From: Mobula birostris
Lineage: Eukaryota
DNA: 64,000 nt
NCBI RefSeq assembly: GCF_030028105.1
Contig: NC_092391.1
Span: forward strand, 24,649,223 to 24,713,222
Direction of reading: 5' to 3'
Below, in pieces: positions 1 to 14,056 of the stretch (position 1 is the first letter of the stretch; each line of letters begins with the position of its first letter). Under the pieces are notes generated by a model. That model was not told where the DNA came from, did no database searches, and saw nothing but the letters and a program-made list of their open reading frames with translations. The position numbers were made by a program, and so were the translations under genes.

Positions 1-327
1 CATCTGCATCAATAAGATTAACTTCCTTTACTACTTTGAGAAACCAGTAGGTATTTAAAAACATTAATATTATTCTCCATTGTTCATTGAATTATGTATA
101 TGTCTAATGACTCGTGCGTACCTAAATTATTTTTTTTGTAATTTTTCTGAGGAAATGCTGCAGGAAATCCCAGTATATTTGAATGGAGCTGAAGCCATTG
201 TTATTTTCTAGCAAAGTGGGTGGCGAAACATCCTTTATTGACCACGCAATGTGCCCTGAAACTTTATATAAAAAAAGCAAACAGTATGTGTTTGAAATCA
301 CTGAAACTTTAGCTTAATAAAAAGAGA

Positions 328-412
328 AAATGTTGAGTGGGGGAGCTCAGTAGACCAGGCAGCATCCGTGGAAAGAGAAGCAGTCAATGTTTCAGGTCAG
401 AGACCCTTCAGA
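328..412 (-). repeat. Penelope-terminus-derived short repeat, decayed hammerhead motif
   Basis: gctcagtagaccaggcagcatcc...cagtcaatgtttcaggtcagagacccttca resembles the repeat at 4344-4436 and the reverse complement of 52816-52905. Confidence 0.6.
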
Positions 413-699
413 ACTTAGAAAAAGATATGACACATTAATCTAAATGGCAAAGAAGGTGGGGAAGGAGTATAATAGATGGAAATACTTTAGCCATGGTATA
501 GATACACTTATTTGAGTAATGTATTGCTGATGTGATTAGTGATTAATCATAAATCAGAAGTGAACTAAAACATTGTGTAGGAAGGGATTACAAACAGGTG
601 TAGCAGGAGAGTGAGCAGACATGTGAAGAGTAGCCACCAGCTGGCCTCACTGCTCAGTAAGTGAACAAGGAGAAAGATATAAAGGGGATTTGAGGAGCA

Positions 700-890
700 C
701 CAAGGAGTGGTGGGTATATGAAGTAAGCTGCCAGGTGAAGTGCTAGAGGCAGATACAATTACAATATAAAAGATAGGAAATGGAGGGATATGGACCAGAC
801 CTTGGCAAATGGGATCAACTCTTGGAGGCACCCTGGTTGGCATGGTTGAGTTGCATAGATGGACTCGTTCCTGTGTATTGCAACTCTGGC
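700..890 (+). mobile_element. CR1 LINE 3' end fragment
   Basis: Resembles the 3' end of the long CR1 at 59680-59880 (gtggtgggtatatg...ctgccag...ggagggatatgg). Confidence 0.65.
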
Positions 891-1499
891 TTGAATCCTG
901 CAGTAGCAGCTGAATCCATTTCAATCCATTTTGCTGGTCTCCCAGATGCTTGTTCATGTGCTGTCCACAAGTCTAGTTTATAACTCTACCTGCAAAGGGA
1001 GGTAGAGTATCTCTTCAATTTCATCCAAAAAGAACATCTTCACTCAACACACGTCAAAGTTGCTGGTGCATGTGTGTTGCTTGAATTTCCAGCATCTGCA
1101 GAATTCCTGTTGTTGTAGAACATCTTCACTGTTGCATTGGTGAGTCAGGGTATTTGTACTGTGTGGTGTCACTTGGTCCAGCAACTTTGACTCTAAGGCA
1201 ATTGTGATGTACACTGAGTTATCCTTGATGCAACTTTGATATACTTGTTCTTTTTGTATATTGTACCTGCAATAACCTGATGGTATTTTCTGGTTGCTGA
1301 AGTGCATTGAAGCTAAACCATGTGTTATCAAAGAGAAAAAAAACAATTGTGACACCCATTGTATCTTGTTCACCAAAACACTTTTGAAAGTACTTTTGAA
1401 GTGCCCTGTTCTGTTAATGAAGGAAACATGGCTGAGAACTGTATTTTCAGTAAGGTACAACTATTTTAAGTGATGATTGGGAGATAAACTTGAATGTTA

Positions 1500-1720
1500 G
1501 GCTTAATTCCATTTTACCCTCTGTCTTTGAAATTGTGCTGTGAGGCGTTTTACATCCATGTAAGAAGGCAAAGCAGGGCTTCATTCTGTATCTCATTGAA
1601 AAGATTACCTCAAATGGCGTTGCACTCCCATAGTACCAGACTTGTGCTTCAGCCTTGACATGTGCTCAAGTCTTTGAAGTGATAATTATTCCCTCAGCCT
1701 CCTAGTTGAAACACAACTGA
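1500..1720 (-). mobile_element. Deu-domain SINE relic (SacSINE1/AmnSINE1-like)
   Basis: Reverse complement reads acttgagcacatgtcaaggctgaagcac...gggagtgcaacgcc...tttcaatgagatac, resembling the Deu core as I recall it; further decayed copies near 10800, 13920, 21600, 32960, 36500, 47340, 50580 and 63430. Confidence 0.5.
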
Positions 1721-2291
1721 CAGCTTAATATAGCCCTATGGAAGAGCTTGTTAGCTGTGTGTACATTTCTTAAACTTGTGTACATTGTGTACAAGAGACT
1801 CTTGCGTACATTTCTTAAGCTTTATATTTTATATCATAGTTGATGCATCTTAAAGCAGAATATTAACTCAATAATGAAAATTATGAAAGTACAAAATGGG
1901 TTAGACTGAATATATGAAGGGATTTGGTTCCTGATTAGTGGCCGGATTGCAGTGATTCAGTACTTTTTTATTTGCTGCTTAAATAAATAGGAATTCTTTG
2001 TGGGTAGAAGAGAAATGGTAATGCATACCTATTGAATTGTGTGGTGTCAGTTCCTTCCAAAGACCATCTGAATTGCATTCCTGTAAGACTGGCTGAAGTT
2101 GTGTGGGAGGAGGTGGGAGGAAATTTGTTAATACCAACACTGTCCAAAGGCCATGACCTCGTCAAGCATGATCACCTATCCATATAAAAAGCTTATAAAA
2201 ATCTGTGGCCTGAGAGGTTGAGTGAAATAACCCATGTGTCTGCCTGCTTGATATAAGTAGCCATATTAATCTGTGATAGATGGACTTCTGT

Positions 2292-3635
2292 GGTTAGGAA
2301 GATATTGGAGATTATTATTAAAGATGAGGTTTCGGGGTATTTGGGTGCAGGTGATAAAATAGGCTAAAGTCAGCATGATTTCCTTAAAGGGAAATATTGC
2401 CTGACAAATCTGATGGAATTCTTTGAGGAATTAACAGACAGGATAGACAAAAGAGAGTCAGTGGATGTTGTCGACTTGGAATTTCAGAGGACCTTTGACA
2501 GAGTGCCACACATGAGGCTCCTAAACAAGACCAGAGCCCATTGTATTACAAGAAAGAGACTAACATGGATTGAAGATTGGCTGACTGGCAGAAGGCAAAG
2601 AGTGGGGAATAAAGGGGGCCTTTTCTGTTTGGCTGCCATTTTACTGGTGGTGTTCTGCAGGGGTTGGTTTTGGGATCACTTCTTTTCATGTTGTATGTCA
2701 TTGATTGAATGATGGAATTGATGGTTTTTTTGACCAAGTTTACGGACGATACAAAGGTAAGTGGAGGGAAAGGTAGTGTCGAGGAAGCAAGGAGTCTGCC
2801 GAAGGACTGAGACCAATTCGAAGAGTGAGCAAAGAAATGGCAGATGGAATATAGTGCAGGGAAGTGTATGGTCATGCACTTATGGTATAACTTATTCCTT
2901 AACTATTTTCTAAACGGAGAAAATTCAGAAATCATGTATGCAAAGGGACTCAGGAGTCCTTGTGCAGGATCCCTAAAGGTTAACTTGCAGGTTGAGTCAG
3001 TGGTAAGGAAGGCAATTACGATGTTAGCATTCATTTCGACAGGACTCGAAAACAAGGATGTAATGCTGAAGCTTTATAAAGCATTGGTCAGGCCACATTT
3101 GGAGCAGTTTTGGGCCCTTGATCTAAGAAAAGATGTGTTGGCATTGGAGAGTTTCTAGAGGAGGTTCACGAGAATGATTCCAGGAATGAAAGTGTTTACA
3201 TATGAGGATCTTTTGATGGCTCTGGGCCTGTAATTGCTGGAGTTTAGGAGAATGAGGGTGGATCTCATTGAAACATTGAATATTGAAGGGCTTAGGTAAA
3301 GGAGATATGGAGAGGAAGTTTCATATAGTGGGGGGAGTCTAGGACCAGAGAGTACAGCCTCAGAATGCAAGAACATCCTTTTAGAACAGAGATGAGGAAT
3401 TTATTTAGCTAGAGGGTGGTGATTCTGTGGAATTCATTGCCACAGGTGGATGTGGAGGCTAAGTCATTTGGTATATTTAAAGCGGAGGTTGATGGGTTCT
3501 TGGTTAATCAGGGTGTCAGAGGTTATGGGGAGAAGAAAGGAGATTCGGGTTGAGAGGGATAATAAATTGGCCATGATGGAATGGTGGAGCAGACTTGGTG
3601 GGCCAAATGGCCTAATTCTGCTCCTCTGTGTTATG
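2292..3635 (+). mobile_element. 5'-truncated CR1 LINE (RT C-terminal part and 3' end), disrupted
   Basis: ORF pieces EFFEELTDRIDKRESVDVVDLEFQRTFDRVPH, WIEDWLTGRRQRV, LYKALVRPHLE; CR1-type 3' tail gggccaaatggcctaattctgctcc. Confidence 0.9.
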
Positions 3636-4273
3636 AATTCTACCAAAGGCAAAAGGCAAGGGTATGAAGATAATCTTCTAAGGTTATTACAAAGATATTA
3701 TTTCTAACATATACTATAGGGAGAAAAGAGCCTAAGGGTATGTGAATTGTATGGACTGCAAAAGATCACCAGAACTCATCACATTTCCAGTTTGTAATAT
3801 GTTGTACAAGTTTTATGAAAACTTCCGTTGTACAAAATACTTTGAATTGAATTCAAAGTATGGTGTTGCAGTGTAGTTGGGAAGGGCAGGAGGGAAGATT
3901 CTGTTTCTTTCAGGTAGCAGTTGTCACTTGACCTTGGTGTAGGCATCTCTTGGTATTTGTTTCTCGAGAAAAGTTGAGGTACTGAGATATAACGGATGAA
4001 ACGAACAAAGAAAAAAAATGCATTTCTGTTGTGCCTCTCATGTTTCCAGGATGCCCTGAAGCATTTCACCAATCATGATTTTGGTTTACTGTGGTCACTC
4101 CTGTAACATACAAAATCATGCAACCAGATTCTATCAAGCTTGCTGCCAATAGCAGCCATGTATCCAGATAATCTGTTTATTACAGCAATGTAATATCGAT
4201 TAAGGAATGTACTTTAATATGTTATTTAATGCTTAGTGTGTGTTTGTGAGATCTCGTTATTATTCGAGTTGTA

Positions 4274-5190
4274 AGGACCACAAGACATAGCAGAATTAGT
4301 CCATTTGGCCCATCCAGTCTGCTCCGCTATTTGATCATGACTGCACACATCAAAGTTGCTGGTGAACGCAGCAGGCCAGGCAGCATCTCTAGGAAGAGGT
4401 ACAGTCGACGTTTCGGGCCGAGACCCTTCGTCAGGAAGGTCATGGCGTTGATCATGGCTGATTTATTCTCCCTCTCAACCCCATTCTCCTGCCTTCTCCC
4501 CGTAACTTTTGGCACCCTTACTAATCATGGACCTATCAACCTCTGCTTAAAATTTATCCAATGACTTGACTTCCAGAGTCACCCATGACATTGAGTCCAC
4601 AGATTCACCACCCTCTGACCAAAAAAGTTCCTGCTTGTATTTGTTCTGAATGAAGGTCTTTGTGCCCTCTGGTCCTAGACTCTCCCACTATTGGCAATGT
4701 TCTCTCCATGTCCCATCTAACTAGATCCTTCAATGAATTTGGTAGGTTTCAGTAAGCCTCACCCCACATTCCAGGAGGTACAGGTCCAGAAAATATTTCT
4801 CGTGCATTAGCCCTTTCATTCCCAGGATCATTCTCATAAACCACCTCTAGACCCTGTCCATTACCAGTACATCCTTTCTGAGATGTGGGACCCAAAGCTG
4901 CTCTCAATACTCCAAATGTACTCTGACTAATGCCCTACAGAGCCTCAGCATTACATCCTTGCTTTTATATTCTAGTTCTCCCTAAATAAATACTTGTATT
5001 ACATTTGCCTTCCTTACTACCAACTCAGTCCAGATGTTAACCTTTAGGGAATCCTGCAAAAGGATTCAGCAGTTCCTTTGCTGCTCCAATTTCTCAATTT
5101 CCTCCCCATTTTGGAAATAATCGATGCATTTATCCTTCTCTCAAAGTGCATTGTCATACATATTTCCTACATTGTATTCCAACTTCCATA
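4274..5190 (-). mobile_element. 5'-truncated CR1 LINE, same subfamily as 2292-3635, inverted
   Basis: Reverse complement matches about 2850-3635; interrupted at 4344-4447. Confidence 0.85.
4344..4436 (-). mobile_element. Short Penelope-derived insertion with hammerhead core, inside a CR1 tail
   Basis: Minus strand reads CTGACGA-A-GGGTCTCGGCCC-GAAAC-GTC-GACTG; flanked by near-duplicate ttgatcatgRctg (4331-4343 and 4448-4460). Confidence 0.75.
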
Positions 5191-8150
5191 TTCCATCAGA
5201 AGTAGGAATGAAACTTCTCTGTTTTAGAATATAGAATATTACAGCACTGGGCAGGCTACTTGGCCCATGATCTTGTGCCCATAATGCCAATTTGTGTGAA
5301 ATGCCCTCTTCCTGTGTGTAATCCATATTCCTCCCATCCCTTCATATTTATGTGTCTATCTGAAAATCTCAAGCTCCTCCAAACTGCCTGCTTTCTATTT
5401 TGTTTATGTATATCTGATTGCTTAATGTCTTTCTACGGAAGTCAGAAAATTCAGTTCAACATATTGTCAAGTTAAATTATAAATCTAAGACTCTAGTCAG
5501 TGGTCAAATTAATTTTTTCCCACTAGTCATATCTCATCTAGTGCTTTGCAACTTTTCCCAATAAAGCATGTATTCCGAACTGATATGTTGGTGGCTTGAT
5601 TCAGTTGAACAGTGAGGCATGATAAGAGATAATATTGACTTTATTCAGTCAGGACCAAGTAATGTCAGTACTGAAAGATGAGTGCCCAAACCTAAAGTGA
5701 ATTGCAGAATTTAGGCATGTGCAGTCACTTTTTGTATAACATTCTGGTGTTGGGTTTGTTTGTTGAATGTTGCATAAAAGTTGCTGGCTTGAGCAACTGA
5801 GTTCCGTGAATGAGTTGATAGTTAAAGTGGTTTAAAGCAAATAAATTACTTGGGGATTATTTGGATCTTTCCCACTTTTTAATTTAATAACAAATCCAGT
5901 AATTGACCATAAATAGGCAGGGAAGGCAAAGCAAAGGTCAGCCACAAATTTCAAAAACCCAAGATTCTACCATGCAGTCCTCCTCTGCTCCTTCATAATC
6001 AATCATTTAATCAATTTTCTGGGTCATCTTCAATTCAGTTGTCTTTTTTTGGCTTAGTGTCCATTCCTTCTCTGTACCTCCAGGTTTATTTTTGTGTATT
6101 ATTATGTTTACTGCCTCATCTTAGCCCTGAGACGGGATTTGATAGCTTTCTGATACTTCCAGTGTGGTGATATGTCAAGAGTTCTGGGCTCAGCAACCAT
6201 AAAGGAACAGTCTGGTGTGTATTGAAGACTGCATTGTCTGTGACTTGTTTCCACCCCCCCCCCCCCTCCCGCCATTGGTCCTTCTTTCATTGCATTTTCA
6301 TTGTTTTGTCCCTTTGTCAGAAATTGTGAGATAGCAGCAGTGTCACTTAAAATAATCAGATGTTATTATTGATAGTGATTTTGAAATTGGGGTTGAGACT
6401 TGTGAAACTTTTTTTTCTAAGTTTGAAGGCCTAGTGGATCCAGTTTTTCTTTTGAGTTCAGTGAAGTTTGTTTAGGTTCATTTGAAGTTACTGGGAATTT
6501 TGGTCAAAATGAGTCACTGGTGGATATGCCTTTGGAATTTTGGAATAAAAGTGACCTTGTGGGAGTCTACTCAGGATATGTGCTAATTTTGGGGGAGGTG
6601 TGAGACAGTGATATAAGCATTCAAATGGAATGTGGGAAGATTTGGTTCCATCTGTGCAAATATTTAATTATTATATAAATGACAGTCAGCCACTCAAAAT
6701 GAAAGAAGAGGAAAGCACTCCTTTCAGTTGTTTGCTCTCTTTGGGACCCTCTGAGATTAGCTGACTACTGGTTCTGTAAATGCTCCATCCCAACTGTTCA
6801 GGGTGTGGAATGCCTGATAAAATTCTTATCAGGGTGATTGACAGGCATTTGGAGGCTAGTTTGCATGAGAATACAGTCATTCCAAGATGCTGTGTATGCC
6901 AATTCTGACTCCAAACAACATGCCATTCATGGCAGTAAAGCTTCTTTTTCCCCATATAATTTTTTTTTACCATTTCTGTTCCACTCCTTTGTATCTTAAT
7001 AACACCTCCTACAAGAAGGTCAGGATTATGATAGCCTTTGATTGCAGACACAAGGTGGTAAAGTTATTTAAATTAACAAAAATAACATTGACATTCCTAA
7101 TAATAACTTAACAGTTCATTGACTGTTTAAGCAAATGCATAGAGCTTACAACTCATAAGCAGGTAAAATACCTCAATGGGTCAATATGACTGTCTTTTCC
7201 ATCTTAGCCTTCGACTACTCACCATTTCGCTCAGATCTAATTTATCCTTTTGTTCCTTTGTGTACTCATCTGGCTGCAATTTATAAACTGTCCATGTGGA
7301 ATGCAGCATCATGCAGGTTGTGTTTACAGGCAGCGTTGGGGGTAATGTTGCCACCTTGGCATTTTTATCGTGATATTCCATAACGTGAAACTGGGTCAAC
7401 TATGTGTCAAGAAGCATGAGTTGAAAAAAAAATTTACTCCTTTCCACACACATTCCAAACAAGTGCATTTTATTCTGTTTCTCAATTTTTTTTTCATAGT
7501 GATTTGTGAATTCTTTAAGGGTCACTGTCTGTTACCTAAACAGCCATAACATGGAGGTTATCTGCATTATTTTGGTCACCTGATCTGTTTACCTGTTTAC
7601 TGTTTAGTTTTCCAATTAAATATAAACTACAGTAAGTGTTTTGATTTACAACAAAAAAATTATTTTCCATTGTCTAATTCAAAATAATTTCAGGCCTTGT
7701 TTTTGAGTTGGCTGATTGTACTTTCAGGATTTGTTTCTGATGACCTTGGTACAGGTAGACGTGCAAGTTACAGAGCATTTCAGCTGCATTAAATTGGTAG
7801 GCTCAATAGCGATGCCTTTTCTGAGCAGAATTGCACAAGAGCAATGCTGACTACAGTGCTTTTTCAATTTTATTTGCAAAAAAATTACAGAGTCTGGGTG
7901 ATTATTTAGAATGTCATGATTCTTTATAATTCATTGCCTCTGAAGAACTTTAGAATGTCCTAGGATATGAAAAAATTTTTCATAAGAGCATTAGTTGTTG
8001 TTTTGCGATCACACTGACTCTTACCAAGTATTGGTATTCAGGTTTTTGTCCCCACTCAGTTTCTTTATTTCCCCCTGCAATCTATTTCAGGTCACTGAGT
8101 TCACAGGAAATTTTATCTTATTACTTAGTAATATCTTGAAAGTGAATAGA

Positions 8151-9417
8151 TGGTGTGCTTATGATACAGAATTCCTTCCCAGCAGAGGAGATAAAAGATT
8201 TGAATTATGGATAGAAAAAGGTCTTACAACCTACCTCTCATTCGCACATAAAAGTGCATTACAAAGCTTTCAATCCCTGCAGGATAAATCGGCCTAGAAC
8301 GCAATGTTTTTTTTAGGTACCTTCAAGTATGACACTACTTTAACCAGAGTTGTAGATATAGGGACTTATCAACAGCAGAATTAGAATTTTTCAAGATTCT
8401 GAAATTGGCTTACAGCTCAATACCAAGTAAAGCTATTTCTCGATTACATAATGCCCTCTCTCATGCCAAAAATGAAAACACATTGTATATTAAAGAGAAG
8501 TGGGAGAAAGAAGTGAGGTTGGTACTTTCAGAGGAGACTTGGGGGAAAATATGCAGCTTTCAGTGGTCTTCAACTAACTCTTTGATTTGGAGAGAACATT
8601 GCTGGAAAAATATTATAAGATACTTCAAGACCCCATACCAGGAAAAATTATAAAGACACAAACATGGCGTGTTGGAGAAGATATGGCTCCAAGGAGGCAA
8701 ATCATTTCCATATTTTTTAAGATTGCCCTAAATTAAGTTTATATTGGAAAGGTATTCACAGAACATTAGTTAAGGTATTTAAGACTCCAATACCTCTGAA
8801 CTTGGAGACACTCTATTTGGGGCATGTATTGTTTTTGGAACAGAAGAAAGAGATAAAGCTGCCGCGGGCCCTTTTAGCGGCAAGTAAGAAATCGGTCACC
8901 AGAAAGTGGCTAAATCCAGCATCACCTACATTGGAAGATTGGCATGAAATTATTTTGGAAGTATTTAAAATGGAAAAGATGACTTGCTGTCTGAGAATTC
9001 AAAAAGAAAAAAATGTATCAAATTTGGAATAAATGGATTGAATTTATAACCCCAATGCGAGCAGACTTTAGATGACTCTCATAAAGGTTCATACTGCTTT
9101 CCTCATCAACATAGTAATAGTGTTAACGTTAAGTTCCCTTGGTTCAAATGTTCACTGTTTTATTTCTGGAAAACGTGGAATTAATACAAATAAAGAAAAA
9201 GATTTGGGGAAAAAATGATAAAAATGAAGTAAATAAGTAAACAGGGATTGGATAAGTATGTCTGTGGGTGGGAGCAAACATGAATGTGTACTTGTGAATG
9301 TATAAATATGTATAGTTTTATACATATATAAAAAATGGAAAAGGTTTTATATGCTTAAAAAAAAGTTTGTGTAATACTTGCAAATATCTTATCCAAATAA
9401 AAATAAAGTTAAAAAAA
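8151..9417 (+). mobile_element. 5'-truncated L1-clade LINE (ORF2 C-terminus, 3'UTR, A-tail)
   Basis: ORF pieces WIEKGL, KEKWEKE, REHCWKNIIRYFKTP, decayed CCHC knuckle (CWR...HIF*DCPKL), RKWL..PTLEDW..MEK; AATAAA then A-rich tail; 13-bp TSD gaaaRtgaataga at 8138-8150 and 9418-9430. Confidence 0.85.
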
Positions 9418-12284
9418 GAAAATGAATAGAAAGTGTGGCTGTGTAAGCAGTCTGGAAAATGTGCCAGTTTGATATCACCAATATCTGGAATGTGCCAGAT
9501 TATTGGATCTTTAGTGTATTTAAAATGAATGACTATTCAAACTAGCCCTTCAGTGAAGTAGACCTTGAAGACTACTTGTATATGATGTCTGCTGCTACTT
9601 CCTGGGATTCTTCAGTCCATTATGTGGAGGGCTTTCATTTTGTTAAAAAGGATGAAAAATAATTTTTTATACATTTTGTAAAAAAATATATATCTGACCA
9701 GAGATTATCAGTTGAAGCCGACATATATTTTCATGGTTTGAAGGTGACCTTGGAGACAACGATCCAATAACAGCAGTCCTTTCTAAATGTTCTCTTCTAT
9801 GTTGCAATCTATGATACTTATAAATGATACTTGAAAAAAAATCTACTACCTGTATTTCAGTAGTATCATGTTTAATATGATAGTTGGTGTCTTTGCACTT
9901 CTCTCAAAGCTAAATGCATATGGATACCTTTGTACTTCAAATTGCAACATACCAAGTAGGTTGTCTGTAAACTTTCTGGTATATGCTACAATTTGAACTT
10001 TACTTTTTTATTTTCCCCCTTTGGGTCAATACCCTTCTTTGATTCCACCCTTTCACGTTACATAATTTTTCTGCATTAAGTACTTGTTCACTGCCCCTCT
10101 CTTTACTCCTTATCCACTCACTCTCATCTGGCTATACACCAGTCTCCAGCCCCCACTGCTGGCCATACATATGGCCCATGTCCCCGTCTCTTGCTTTTGC
10201 ATATCTGGCTATATTCCCAACCCTTGGCCTTGGACCTTGTTCCAGGCTCTCAGATGCCAAGTGCAGCCAGAGATCAGTAAGCTGAGTGCATGTGCAGCCT
10301 GAGCCAGATGTGTGCTTTTCCACTTCTCTCCTAACTTGTATGTCTAAACTGTTGATCTGTGAATCAGCCCTGTCAATCTCTCCTTCAGCTTGGTATGTAA
10401 CTTCACAAACATTTATGTTAAAGAAAATCCTTCAGTACATGCAGCGCAGTGTTTGTCCAAAACTTAACATTGACTTAAAAAAATGTATTTGCATTGACTG
10501 TAATTTTAAATTATGACTGTAAAAGTTTTATTTTTGATTTCTGTTGCTGTCATCATTGGAGATTGAGACACATTCTTAATGCACGGGGGAGAGAAAATCT
10601 TTTAATATTTGTTGTTCACCCAGACGGAATAGGATATTTGAAGAATTTCCAGTTTTTTCATGGAATTTAAAGAAGATTCGTTGTAGATTAGTTTCCAGCT
10701 CGGCTTCCTTTTGGTTGGATTTCTCCTTGTTCCATCTTGCACTTTCAAGCTTCTACTGTTCTGGACTAGAAAATGTGACCAGAGGCTGAAAGTCTGAATC
10801 CTTCTAAGAGAGTACTGTTTTCAGATGTGCCATCCCTCAAATGAGACAGTAAATCCATAGTGGGGTGCATCTTAATGGCAAATTTGAAGGACACCAGCAA
10901 ATTCTTCATCCTCCTGGTTTTTAATCTCATAGCTTTGGTTTTTTTATCTTTGTACAGCTGCTAAATGTAGCGGCACCTGAATTTTATTGCTGTTATACAG
11001 ATGCATGTTCTCCTTTGAAGTCAATAGGCTGTCAGTAGAGGAGGTATAGATGGCAAAGGCGTTCTACAGAGTTGCTTTTCACAGTGGACACCTGCATTCA
11101 CAAGTGGAGCTGTAAGACTTCGACCGAAATATTTGCGGAATACAAATATCAAAAGTGTTATGAAAGCTGCAGAAAACCTTATGACTAGCATTGTCGTGTT
11201 TAGTACATTTACTCAATTCAATAAAGCCTGCCACCGATCTGATGTTATGCTGTGTTGTGGCTTCTGGTCACATTAGGGCTTCTGGAGTCATTAGCTGAAC
11301 CAAAATGGGTCCTGTGAACTAATTTTCCTTGCACCCTTTGATATGCAAAAGTTCAGTTTAATCCATCTGTCTATCCTGCTGCAAGTTATTTCTAGGTTTA
11401 ATACACTGACAAAATAATTTACCATCAATTTATTTTTTCTTTCTCTAGTTCTTTTGAGGGGAAGTCGAGGGAACACACACCAGTCCTCATCGAGAGATGA
11501 GCAGTGGAAAGTTGATGCTTTTCACAACTGAAATACTCTTGAAGTAGTCATTTCTAGTTATGCCGAAAATGTGGCAGCCAATTTGGGGTTAATGAGCTTC
11601 CCACAAAGGCAAATAAAATAACTAATGAAATAATCAGCTTCACATGTTTCAGGAAGACACTATCCAGCCTGTTTGTGTCAGTATCTAATGATTTGCAGTT
11701 GTTATTACTCTTCCTGAACAATTCCTTCTCCAAACTAATCCTTTAAAAAAAAATCTGATTACTAAAATTATTATAAATGGTTTTTCTACTGTATGATTCA
11801 TTGTTCTGGGCAAGACCCTAGCAAGAAGACATCTTGCAAGATAATCTGTAATAAATTTCAGAGAAGCTATAACCAGAATGGTTGGGATATAGGACTTGGC
11901 AGATACAAGAAGTTTTTTTTGTATGGAATCAAGAAGTTTTAAGATGAACTTGATAAACAGGTGGAAGAAGAAGCAACACAAGGATATGTTGATGTAACAG
12001 TTTGCATCAGCTGTACTGTCTGGCATAATAGAACATCAGAGTTTGTCGTGAGTGTGCTGTTAAAGGAATTCTGTAAGTTGGAAATATAAAGAATAGAAAA
12101 ACAGCTTGTATAGAGTAAATAAATGCTGGATTTAATAAGTTGGATTGAAAGAACTGTGGGCTAGAAATACCTTATAACAGATCATATTGATAAATGAAAG
12201 CATTTTATTTACACGTCCAGTTTAAGATAATAGGGTGTTAATGATTTTAGGTTGCAAGTGTTAACTCAACTGTAATTGCTCCTG

Positions 12285-12860
12285 ATGAACCTTGCCCTCA
12301 ACATCAATAAAACCAAGGAATTAACTGTCGACTTCAGTTAGGGGAAGTCGAGAGATCAGCAGTGGAAAGGGTGAGCAGTTTCAAGTTCCTGGGTGTCAGC
12401 CTATCTGAAGATCTATCTTGGACCCTACAGTAATGATGCAATTACAAACAAGGCACAACAGGAACTATATATCATTTGGAGTTTGAGGAGTCTTGGTATG
12501 TCAGCAAAGACTTACAAATTTCTACAGATGTACCACGGAGAGTACTCTAACTGGTTGCATCACCATCTGGTATGGCAGAGACACTGCACAGCATCGAAAA
12601 AGACTACAGAAGGCTGCAAACTCAGCCAGCTCCCTTGTGGGCACTAACTTCCCCAGCATTAAGTACACCTTCAAAAGGTGATGCCTCAAAAAGGCAGCAT
12701 CCGTCATTCAGGACCCCCTCACCCAAGATATGCCCTTTTCTCATTGCTGGCATTGTGGAGACAGTACAGGTTCTTTATGATGCACAATTAACTCTTTAGG
12801 AACGGCTTCTTCCCTTCTGTCATCAGATCAGGGCAATGAACCAACTCGTGAACACTCCCT
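12285..12860 (+). mobile_element. Rex1/Babar-type LINE fragment
   Basis: Decayed LNINKTKEL, ERVSSFKFLGV, NFYRCTTESTLTGCITIWYG, RNGFFPSVIR motifs. Confidence 0.8.
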
Positions 12861-13147
12861 CACTGTTTCATTCCCTTTCCACCTTTTTAAAGTACTTTTA
12901 AAGCCGCCTTGATATAAGTGTCTCAGAAAATTTAACAAAAGATTACCATTAGGTGAAAGAATTTTGTAATTGAATTAAGACTGAAGATTTCAGGAGCTAC
13001 TTGAAATCAATTTTGGAACAGGGCAAGGTAGAGAACAGACACGGTATACCCAGGGTGTAAGGGAACTTAAAGGAATATGAAGCAAGGTTACTTCAATTTT
13101 TTTTCTATATTTAATGAAAATCTTCATGTTATTTTGAATACTATTGA

Positions 13148-13444
<297 letters not shown>

Positions 13445-14056
13445 TGATAGTTTTTTTTCATGACCCTTTCTCAGAGGTGGATGGAATCTGACTGCTGGGC
13501 AGGCTTAAGGTTTCTTGTGATGAAATTCCAATTTGCATAATTCAGACTCATGCAAGTTCTCAGAGTACCAAAATCTTGCATTGTTGACTCTGGGTTGCTC
13601 ATGCTTCTGTATCAGAAGATTATTGAGCACATTCACTCTAAAGCAGAGTTTAACGAGCTGTTCTTAAAATTAAAACCCCACTTGGTCACCCATCCTAGAA
13701 TATTCACTTCATCCCCTTGAAGGTGCCAGGTGATTTTTGAGTTTAGGCCTTTTTAGGAATTGGGATTGTTCCAGGGCTGTTAGCAGCTCTTAATCAGTAA
13801 CACAGTTAATGGGCCAGATGTGTTTGTATTTATTTATTACTTGTGAGTTTTCAGATTAAGTTAACTCAATATTAAAATATGTAATGGATGCCCTGTTATC
13901 TCTAGGCTACTTTCAACTGAGGTTTCAGTGCACAGTCCATGCCTACATTTGTGGGTACATTTGAGTACTGCTGCCTTTGACGTGAGATGGTAAATTGGAG
14001 CCTTGTCTGAGGTGGATGCAAAAAGTCCCTTGGAGAGTTGGAGAATTGTCTGGAGC

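Noticed and set aside
10958-11043. Possible poison exon in intron 3 (strong acceptor, stop at 11036)
   Set aside because: The donor is weak, such acceptors are common in long AT-rich introns, and there is no transcript evidence.
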